From contig CM052817.1 in NCBI GenBank assembly GCA_028534125.1, positions 34,784,001 through 34,848,000 of the forward strand: DNA of 64,000 nucleotides, written 5' to 3'. The translations under genes were made by a program, and so were the position numbers. Positions 53,820-64,000 of the stretch are shown one piece after another (position 1 is the first letter of the stretch; the number at the start of each line of letters is the position of its first letter). The stretch comes from Lama glama (taxonomy: Eukaryota). The notes under the pieces were generated by a model. It saw only the letters and a list, made by a program, of their open reading frames with translations, had not been told where the DNA came from and did not search any database.

Positions 53820-54330
53820 TGTAACGCATGCAGACAGGAATGACTTTCATGCAGGAGGATGTTTATACTCACAGATCTCTGGAAACAAGAGGCACAACCT
53901 TTCATGCAAGGCCACACAGGGAAGCACCAGTGTGGGTCAGGAGGCAGCAGGGAGAGGAAAAATCATGGGCACAAGCTTTTATTGTGATCTCCTTGGGAGA
54001 GGCAAGGCAGGCGCATTAAACAGTTTAAGACTGATTAACTTCTGCAGGCCCTGGGCTGTAGGAATGGTTCCTAGCTGTCCAGGACCTGGCTCTGGAGTGA
54101 CTGAGGGCAGGGGGGTAGAATTGGTTTGGTGTGTGAGCATTTGATAAAGGACATGGTTGGGGTATGGGCTCTGAATCGGTTGGTTTGCATATAAAGGAAT
54201 GTCCAAGGCAAGTTGTTTGCCTTCTCCAGAAATTAGCTAACCCTGGAGGGGCAGCCCTCCAGGGTCTGCAAGGCCCTCACCATATCAAAGTATCATAAAG
54301 CATAGAAAATAAAAATCATGGTTAATATAG
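53820..54330 (-). mobile_element. MER74-like ERVL LTR (opposite orientation to 51350-51800)
   Basis: tactcacagatc...cagggaagcaccag...caggaggcag...ttttattgtg, the reverse complement of blocks in the 51350-51800 element. Confidence 0.7.
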
Positions 54331-54884
54331 CTGGGCTGGTGTTCCTGAGTTCTAAGTGCTGCCAGCTGCTTTCCTAGGTTTTTTTTTTTCCCCATAAATT
54401 AAACCTCCTCCCTCCTTTGGGATCAGAGAGGGTAGCTAATATGTAACTTCCAAAGCGGAGGGAGTTTCTGGCCCTAATCATTGAACTTAACAGCAATTCA
54501 AAGATTCCACACTGGAAGTAATTTCCTAAGTATTCTAGATATCCTAGAAGAATATACACACCCATCTCCTCACCTCACTTGAAGACCTTCTATTCTGTGC
54601 TCTCGGTTCATTACTAAACATCAAGTATCTGCTGATAGCAGAGATGTTAAACTGCTTGTTAAACTGGGCCCATTTAACAAGCAGTTGGGCCCATGATGAG
54701 CATTATACTTCCCTTCTACCGGACCCTTCTGTGCCTCCTCCTGTGTGTCCCCTCTCCCCATTGCCAGGACTCAAGAGATTTCAGAAAAAATTTTTTTTTA
54801 TCCACAGTAATTACCAGTTGAGTTTGTAAAATGGTATTTTTAATTTGTCAGAGTTTTATTTCTCCAAAATTGAAACTTTTGATA

Positions 54885-55460
54885 TGAGTTGGGTGAAAAA
54901 GAGAGCCTAAGACACAACATTTGCACAAATGTTTTATTGGGGAGTGCGGTTCCAGGACAGCAAGAGTGAGGGGAAGGCAGGGTGACGCGGAGAGGAAGGG
55001 TGGACCATCACTGCCCTGGCCACAGCTTCAAAAGAAAACACAGCTGGTGCTTTGGTCACACAAGATGTCTCCAGGTAGGCTCTCCGGAACCACGGCATGT
55101 TGAAGCAGTTCATTGTGGAAAAGAAATGAAATAAATTGTTCCTTCCTTATAATTCTCATTGGTCAGAGTTTGCCCCATTTTTATTGCGTTACTTGATCCC
55201 TTTGGACAGCTGATGGGAAACCCATATCCCATGCTTTGCAACTCTGTGGGTTGATAAGACTGGATTTGGTGTTGGAGCTGCCATGGATTCTGGTAGCGGG
55301 GGCATGAAGGAGGCCATGCCAGCCTCCTGTCTTCCCTCTTAAAAGGAGACTTCAGCAGTGTTAGGAGAAGAGGCAATGATTGCAGTGGCCAGAGCTCTTC
55401 ACTAAGCAACTGGCAAGTGGCAACGAGCCAATGTGAGGATGCACATAAATTGAATCTGGT
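54885..55460. mobile_element. Old MLT1-like LTR
   Basis: gagagcctaagacacaac...tttattggggagtgc...gggaaggcaggg. The subfamily is uncertain. Confidence 0.5.
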
Positions 55461-57454
55461 ATAGATAGTAACGGGTAAGGAGTAAATCAGAGGTTGGAAA
55501 TATTTGTAAATACAAATGAAAGTAATTGGAGAGATGGAAAGTCCCAGAAGGATATGTATGGAATATGCATTTATAGAACCTGGGAGACAGAGGTCTCTAT
55601 CAACACGTGGGGCAGTGCTGCCCTGCCTTAGGAGGCTGGAGACCCCGTCCCAGTTCCCTGTCTTCCCTTAGCTGTGGCAAGATCTTGGATTAGTTTCTTT
55701 TCTCTGAGCCTCTGCTGCCTTATTTAAGAAATGAAAGAGAATCAAAGCTGACGTTTTTTAGTTCTAAGATATGTGTTTCAGAGAAACAGTTTTGCAGGAG
55801 TAATTTACATGCATAGTCTTTTCAAATTTCACTAAATAAAAATGAGAAATTAGAGTCAAGAATATCACCAGACAGAAACTCATTTTTAACTTAATATACA
55901 CACTAATGGGTCTGACAATGAGCTACTGCCCTGGGCAGCCAGCCAGTCTGAATTCTAGTCCTGACTCTGTCAGCAGAGCAGCAATTCAAAGATTCCACAC
56001 AGGAAGTGTGGAATATGATCACATGTAAATCAGGAAACATCTATCTCTGGGCTTCATCAAAGCACAAGCTCTGGTTTTCAGTCACCTTTGTTGCAGTCCC
56101 AGGGTTAGCACTGACCAGCTGTGTGACCTTTGGCACATTACCTGACCTCTCTGATTCTTTTTCCTTAACTGTCTGGTGGGGCTGCCATGAGCAAATGCAC
56201 ATGAAATGTCTGACATAAGTGTACACACTCAAACATTTATTAGTATTTCCTTAATTGTAAAAAGTAGTTAGACCCAAAGATCCCTGGGACACATTTCAGC
56301 TTTAACATTCCATGATTCCAAATTCTGATTGATTACACAATGATTGCAAATGCTTAATGAGCATTTATTATGTAGGCAGTCTTGCCTTCAGGGAGCACCC
56401 AACCTGATTGAGACAGTCCCATAATATTAGAAACCATGCACAATAGTCTACAGTATTGAAATAAAGAGTGATATCTTAAAAGCATACTACCTTTTATTTA
56501 GAGTTCTGAGATTGAAGACCTATCAAGCACATTATTCTGGGAAAAAGCATTGTCAGTGTTGGAGGATATGCTTACGACAGGTCCTTACAGTTCTTTAAAA
56601 AATAATTTTATAGATGTCCATTAGTATGTATTTAACTTATAACTAATGGAGTATTGTTGGAAGAGTATTCACATGGAGTTTTATTCTAAAGTCTGAAGCA
56701 TGGTAAATTATATATCATTGCTTAGTGTAACTACTCTTTATAATGATGTCATTTTTCTAATGGAAAAAATGAACATTAAAATTAATATTAAACTGGCGAC
56801 TTGAGTTGACGTGAAGTGGAAATGTTTTCTGTTGGTCATAAAAGTTACCATGGGTACAAAATACTCCACACAAAACATAAAGGACAATGTCAAATCACTC
56901 TGCAGTACACCTGTAACTAACATAATATTGTATGTCAACTATATTTCAATTAAAAAAAAAAGACAGGATTTTCTTCATCAATAGCAAAGACTCTCCAGCC
57001 ATTTAGATAAACATTGAATGCAGGGCTCTGAAGATACAGAGGCAAAATTGGAAAGGTATATTATTTTGAAAGTGTTTTCATATTAGAAAAAAGTTCATTT
57101 TTAACAAATAATTCAAAGCAAAATTGAGAAATCTGTAGCATTATTAGGCATTCAATAAAACATGAAGAAAAGTAATTTAAGAAGGCTTAAGGCAGAACTC
57201 CCAGAAATTTATTTTAGGATATTCAGGAAGTTGCTATTACAGGGTGCAATGTGCTATGATGGTAAGATGCTAAACTTCTGATTTAGAACATGTTGGTTCA
57301 ACTACTTAATCTGCTACTCACTGTTTTGAATTACCTTGGCCTAGGGTTCTCCTCTCTTTGTATAAAATTGAGGGATTAAATAAAATTACTTTAAATTTAT
57401 TATAATTGTTTATAGAATTATCAAAATTTTATATACATGTAGTTTACTTATTTA

Positions 57455-58345
57455 GTTTTTTTCAGTTGAAATATAGTTGATTTACAATGTTTTATTAGTT
57501 TCTGGTGTACATCTATAAGTATATATATTCTTTGTCATTATAGGTTATTACAAGCTTATGAAAATAGTTCCCTGTGTGAAACAGTAGGACCTTGTTGTTC
57601 TGGATTTTGGCCACACTAATAGGTTTATAATAGTACCATTGTTGGTTATTTGCATTTCCCTGATGACATATGATGTGGAGCATCTTTTTCATATGCTTAT
57701 AGGTCATCTGTATTTCTTCTTTGGTGAGGTCTCTGTCAAGACCTTTGGCCCATTTTCTAATTGAGTTTTTTTCTTATTGTTGACTTTTAAGAGTTTTCAT
57801 TTATTTTGCACAACAGTCCTCTATCAGGTGTATCTTTTGCAAATATTATCTTCCAGCCTGTGGCTTGTCTTCTCATTCTCCTGATACTGTCTTTCATAGA
57901 GCAGGAGTTTTTAATTTTAATAACATCCAGCTTATCAATTCTTTCTTTCATGGATTGTGTCTTTGGTTAACGTTGTATCTAAAAAGGCATCACCTTACCC
58001 AAGGTCATTTAGGTTTTCTTCTATGTTATCTTCTAGGAGTCTTATAGCTTTATGTTTTACTTTTAGGTATGATCAATTTTGAGTTAATTTTTGTGAAGGG
58101 TGTAAGGTCTGTGTCTAGATTCTTTTTAATTTTTTCTGCATGTGGATGTCTAGTTGTTCCACTATCTGTTGAAGAGCGCATCTATGCTCAACTATATTGT
58201 TTTTGCTTCTTTGTCAGAGATCAGTTGATTATATGGTAGTTGATTTCTGGACTCTATTCTGATCCATTGATTTATTTCTTTCACCAATATCTCACTGTCT
58301 TGATTACTGTAACTTGATAGTAGGTCGTGAAGTCACATAGTGTCT
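57455..58345 (-). mobile_element. L1 fragments (younger 3' tail plus older ORF2 end)
   Basis: ttgaaatatagttgatttacaatg... then tgcatttccctgatgacatatgatgtggagcatc...ttttgagttaatttttgtgaagggtgtaagg. Confidence 0.85.
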
Positions 58346-59225
58346 TGTTCTTTTTCTATGGGTAAAACAACTTTTCCTGTCTGTCTGAGTACATTACTTA
58401 TAGTTATTTAAGGCATTATTTTGCCCACATAGTCTCTGTATTTCCAGTGTGGCTCCCCCCTCACCCTATTCATTTGTTTTAGTTTCTCTCCTCTTTTTGT
58501 GCTACAGACTTTCCCTCAGATATCTGGGGATCTTTGGCCATCTGCTCATATGTAAGGGCTCTGTGCTGATTGGAAGCTCTGGGTTTGTTGACTGTGGAAT
58601 TCACTGAAGGGTGATTTGGCAGGGAAATTTTGTGCTATCTTGAGATGTTAATTTGAACTACTCATGTTCCCTAGAGAACTATTTTCCAATTTCTTGCTTG
58701 AAAGAAACAGCCCTGGAGCTTCATCCTGGAGCTCATCAAGAAAAGAGGTTGGGGAAGGGTGTGTACAGGGTCTTCTCAATGTATATAAATGCAGTATATA
58801 AATATCTGTTAATACTCGCAATATATAAAATATCTGTTTAAGTACTCTCAACTGGGCTGAATGTCCTCTAGTCCAGAAACTGTTTTCTACCTCCAGAGAG
58901 TAAACTCCAGTGTTTGGATGGGGTAGGGGAGAAACAATTGATTTGCTGCATAGGGTGGGAGAGAGTGAGCTGTGGACCTAACTGCTTCTTAAACAGACAC
59001 TAGGTCAATCTTTCAATAGCTGTATGTTTGCCCCTATTTCAGAGGTACTTGGTGCTGCCAATTCCAGATCTTTGTGGGATTCTGTAGTGAAACTGGATTG
59101 CTTCTCAATTTTCCTTCTGAAGGTTTAGGATTTAGGGCTAAGTCAGCTTTCTGAGTCAATTTCCATGCAGTCACTGTTTTCCAGCTTACAATATTTTGTT
59201 GCTATTCTTCCTTTCTCATTCTTTT

Positions 59226-60112
59226 ATTTTTTAATGTTTAATTGATTTACAATGTTGTGTTTGTTTCTGGTGTACAGCATAGTCATTCAGCCATACATAT
59301 ATATATATATTATTTTTCACATTCTTTTTCAGTATAGGTTATTACAGGATACTGAATATAGTTTCCTATGTGAAACAGTAGGACTTTGCTGTTTATCTAT
59401 TTTATATATAGTAGTTAGTATCTGCAAATCCTGAATTCCTAATTTATCCCTCCCCACCCCTCTCCCCCCTGGTAACCATAAGTTTGTTTTCTATGTTTGT
59501 GAGTCTGTTTCTGTTTTGTAAATAAGTTCATTTGTTTCATTTTTTTAGGTTCCACATATAAGTGATATATGGTATTTTTCTTTCTCTTTCTGACTTACTT
59601 CACTTAGTATGATAATCTCTGGGTCCATCCATGTTGCTGCAAATGGCATTATTTCTTTTTTTGACTGAGTAGTATTCCACTGTATGTATGTGTGTGTGTG
59701 TGTGTGTGTGTACCACAACTTCTTTATCCAGTCATGTGTCAGTGAATATTTATGTTGTTTCCATGTCTTGGCTATTGTAAATAGTGCTGCTATGAACACT
59801 GGGGTGCATGTATCTTTTCGAATTAGAGTTTCCTCTGGATATATGCCCAGAAGTGGGATTGTTGGATCATATGGTATGTCTATTTTTAATTTTTTAAGAA
59901 ACCTCCATTCTGTCCTCCATAATGGCTGCACCAAACTGCATTCCCACGAGCAGTGTAGGACGGTTCCCTTTTCTCCACACCCTCTTCAGCATTTATCATT
60001 TGTGGACTTCTGAATGATGGCCATTCTGACTGGTGTGAGGTGATACCTCATTGTAGTTTGGATTTGTATTTCTCTGATAATTAGTGATATTGAGCATTTT
60101 TCCACATGTCTA
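59226..60112 (-). mobile_element. 5'-truncated L1 3' end with TSD
   Basis: ORF track shows VQPLW...[27 protein letters not shown] ttctcattctttt at 59213-59225 and 60113-60125. Internal (TG)n at about 59685-59710. Confidence 0.93.
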
Positions 60113-63100
60113 TTCTCATTCTTTTTATCTTGTGTGTTTTTAACACAATCTTTTTCTGTCATTTTTGTAGAATTTGTAGGGAAGGAATTAGATGTATGTG
60201 TGCTCAGTCTTCTCTTTTTTTCCAAAATGCTAATGTATTTTCTAGTTCTGACAGTCTGTGAGTCTAAGATGGATGACAAATTGCCCAAAAAAAAAGCAAA
60301 CCCCACCTAATCTCAACTATGCAAGGCTGTGTTGCACAGAATATAGATTTTCCTGACTCCTGGGGCTTCCTGCACTAGCCACTCACTTGCTCAGTTCCAC
60401 TATTGTCCTAGTAGACGGCGGCAGAAAGTGTGGCGAAATTCCCAACAACTTGTTTTACAACTTGTCTTTTCTGGTAAAAAGAACGCAGAAAGGAAAATGT
60501 TAAAGGTCATGGCTAAAAGTAAGAGTTTGCTGTTTTACATTATTAATGTAATAATTCCAATTAGTTTTAATATTTTAATGTTTTAAAATCACATTTCTTT
60601 CAATAAATAATAAGCAAAGGAATGTATTATTTTAAGATGTTGTATTTGTTAAAAATACTTTCATGCCTATCCTATGATTATACTGATTACACGGGGTATG
60701 TTTAGATAAAGAAACTGAGGCATAAAAGACCAGTCAGATAACCTCCTTAAGTACGTATAGCTAACGAGGATCTTTTCACACCCTCAGGAGGATATTGGGG
60801 GCAGAACTGTTACCATTTGTAACTACTATTTACTCAGCATCTACTAAGTGCCTGGCTATGTGCAAAGACTTTCCACACATTGTTCCATTAATCTTTATAA
60901 TGGTCCTCTTTCTTTACCGATAGGAAACTGAGACCCAGACAGGTTATGCAACTTGCTGAAGTGCACACAACTTGTACCTGCAGGACTGGGATTGGACCCC
61001 AGGTCTCTCTGACTTGCAAGCTTACTCTTTCTCCATGCAGCTTCCTTCAGGGCACAGGTTAGTAGCCTAGTTTAGTGGTGAACTACAGGCAAATAGGTAA
61101 TTACAATATTGTGTGATAAAGGCTGTGGTGGGGTTACAGTGTGGTGTTATGAGGGCAGTAGAAGGGGGACCTGGGAAATTACTTGGAAGAAGTCATCTAA
61201 TCAGAGACCTGATGGGATAGGAGGAGCTAGCCAGGGAAGAAAGGGCCAGAGAGCATTTCAAGCTAAGTGGTGCAAGAGACATTCCTGTACCTGGGGGAAA
61301 TCAGAGTAATTGAACAAGGGCCTTTGGGAAGAAGCATGGCAGGAGATGAAGAGGTGGGCAGGGCAAGAAGAGGAAAGGCGGGGGAGGGCGGAGAAGGGTG
61401 GTCAACTAGAAAGAGCTTTGAAAATCTATTGAGGGAGTTAGGAGTTTATCCTCAGACTAATAGGGAACCATTTAAGGGTTTTTAGCCAGGAGGAACACAT
61501 GTAAAAATTTGCGTTTTATAAATACCATCCTTGTAGCTGTGGGGAGAATGGATATGAGAGGTGCTGGAATGGCGGAGAAGTTGAGAATAATTCTCAGATA
61601 TCTTTCTTGAACAAGTGGACAGAGTGGTGCCATTTACTGAAACAGGGAACAGCCTCAGGAAAAAAAAGTCTACTATACTACCTAGGAGAGCAATTGGATT
61701 AATCAGAGCTGACTTTGCACAAAAATTCAGTGTATGTTTAGAATTAACTGGATAGACCTATGTTCATGGTTGTTATCTTTATCAGGTTCAGAATCAGTTT
61801 AAATCTTATAAGATTTGGGTATCCTTGTACTCATCTGTATCCTCCCTCATTTAAAAAAATATTATGTACATGGTTTTTTAAAAATTAAATTGAATCATAC
61901 AAACAACAGTGGCTTTCACAAATTTACTCTTTTAGATGTTTTTCCTTATAAAAAGGAAATATCAACAAGAGATTTTAAAAGTACGTATTTATATCATCGG
62001 ATTTGCAATTTTCCTAGGTACCGATAATTACTAAAAATGTACAGAATTGAAATAATGGAATTACACAATGCAACTTTTTAACATGAGTATGTTTGCATGA
62101 GAAGGAAAATGTTGCCCAAAGTATTTGCTTATTGAATCCTTCCTCTACTCTTTATGATCTTTAGAAAATGTTACTGTTGGTTGTTCTGGGCATTCTGTAG
62201 AGCATACAATATTAAAAATACTAAAATTATAGAGCTGGAAAGAAGTTTAGATAATTCAGTTCTCTCATTTTACATTTGAGGCTAATAGGAACCAGAAAGT
62301 CCCTATAGTTGAGGAATCTGAGCAAAAAGAAAGTTCACTTTTTAGGTAGGGATATGAAATCACTCTGTGTCCTTGGACACTCACACTATACATGAAAGAA
62401 GACTGACAACTTCAATCTTCACGTTTTTTCATTGTAAAGAAAAGTGGAAAAAAATAGTATTTTGTGGAGAACACTTGTCTCTTAAATACATCATTGAGTC
62501 TTAGCATTTATTTTTAGATGGAATGAAACTTCTCCATTGCTGCTTTGGGAAAACAATGTGGATCAATTTCACATTAAATGTGCCAATAGCATACACATAT
62601 ATAGGATATTGGATTGTAAATTACAAAAACGGAAACCAATTAATAAAAGCTATGATGTGCCAAAGAAATTGTTACCATTAAACATTTGTAGAGCTTAGGG
62701 TGTTCGCAAAATATCTGTCATTTGCATAACTGCAATTTCCACACTTCCTAATAATGAAATTTCTTCTTGAAAGTTGATAAAAATATAAAGCACTTTTAAG
62801 AGCTATGAATTTCATATACACTTAACAATGTTGTACATTCTAAACAGTCTATACTAGTGTTAAGGTAAAAAAGGATAAAAATTTATATTTCTATCAGGAA
62901 CAAAACAAAGTAGGTGAAAAAGTTCATTCAAATAAACTTTTGACTGATAAACCATTTTTTCTAACATGTTCAGTGACTGATCTGAGACAACAGAAAACTA
63001 CAAATTAAATGTTTAATTCTGCACTATTGGAAATAATAAAGCACTGTAGAGATTCCTCAATAAAGGCAATGTAATATTTAGTGTATCACATGCATCATAT

Positions 63101-63119
63101 ATGGCTTAGGCTAGAGTGT

Positions 63120-63950
63120 ATGTGTGAGATAATAGAAAATACAGATTGGTCTCTGTGCCTGGTTCCTAATACAGTGCTCCCCACACCCTTGTAAATTCCT
63201 AAGTGATAAGAGCACTAGAGGCATCTTTTGCTCTAATGAAGCGACTCTGGGTGGGCTCCTGGATGGGGTGTGGGGCCTGGTCACCAGAAAGACCAAGTCA
63301 TACATAGAAGCTTGGAATTTTTAGGCCTGCTCCCCCTTACCCACCACTTCTCCAGAGAGGGGAGAGGGGGTAGAAATGGAGTTAATAATTGATCATGCCT
63401 ATGTGGGGAAGCCTCCATAACCCTAATAGCATGGTTTGGAGAGCTTCGAACTGAGTGAAGTCATACACCTATGGGAAGGGTGATGTACCTGAGTTCCATG
63501 GGGACGGGAGTTTCTGTGGTGGCACTCCCAGACCTCTCCCTATGTACCTCTTCATCTGGTGTTCATCTGTATTCTTTATCTTAGCCTTTACTAAACTGGT
63601 AAACATAAGTATGTTTTCCCCTGAGTACTTTGAGCTATTACAGCAAATAATCAAATCAAAGGGGAAGAGGGTGATGGGAAATCAAACAAGTTGTGGGTAA
63701 CCTCGGGACCTGCTGCTTGGGATTGGCATCTGAAGTAAGGTGGGAGCAGTCTCCTGGGACTGAGCCCTTAACCTCTGGGATCTGACCCCATCTCCAGGTA
63801 GACAGTGTTAGAATTGAGTTAAATCGTAGAATACCCAGCTGGTGCTGTAGAGAATTGCTTGGTGTGGGGAAAAACTTCCACACATTTGGTGACCAGAAGT
63901 GAAATGTTTTCTGTGAGTAGCAAAGGAGAAACACAGGAGAAAAAGGAGAA
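63120..63950 (+). mobile_element. MER21-like ERV LTR
   Basis: ttggtctctgtgcctggttcct...ggcctggtcaccagaaagaccaag...ggcatctgaagt...gtgttagaattgagttaaat...cacatttggtgaccagaagtg. Confidence 0.85.
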
Positions 63951-64000
63951 CTGTACGTTTATCCAATGCACTGTTTCTCTCCTAGGGCCCTTCATGCTTG

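Noticed and set aside
1..64000. CRISPR arrays, operons or other prokaryotic systems
   Set aside because: This is mammalian DNA, and I saw no regularly spaced repeat-spacer structure.

Overview
Mammalian, repeat-rich genomic DNA, most likely from a camelid: it carries three copies of a tRNA-derived SINE of the camelid (Vic-1-like) type. I found no intact protein-coding gene. The listed ORFs look like chance ORFs or L1 ORF2 fragments. The main hidden feature is a multi-exon, minus-strand gene relic at about 28470-43882 that the ORF track misses. Five exons with mostly canonical splice sites and largely compatible phases join to encode the N-terminal part and first cyclic-nucleotide-binding (cNMP) domain of a CNBD2-like protein. 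Every exon carries an inactivating lesion (a stop codon, frameshifts, or an AG>AA acceptor), and the phosphate-binding-cassette Arg position is Trp. It is therefore a non-processed, possibly unitary, pseudogene. The rest is L1 (two 5'-inverted copies, one with a short 3' transduction), ERV/MaLR solo LTRs, hAT and Tigger DNA transposons, MIR/L2 relics, microsatellites, a strong CTCF motif, and a 500-N assembly gap at 46968-47467. Repeat subfamily names come from recalled consensus resemblance, not from a database search.
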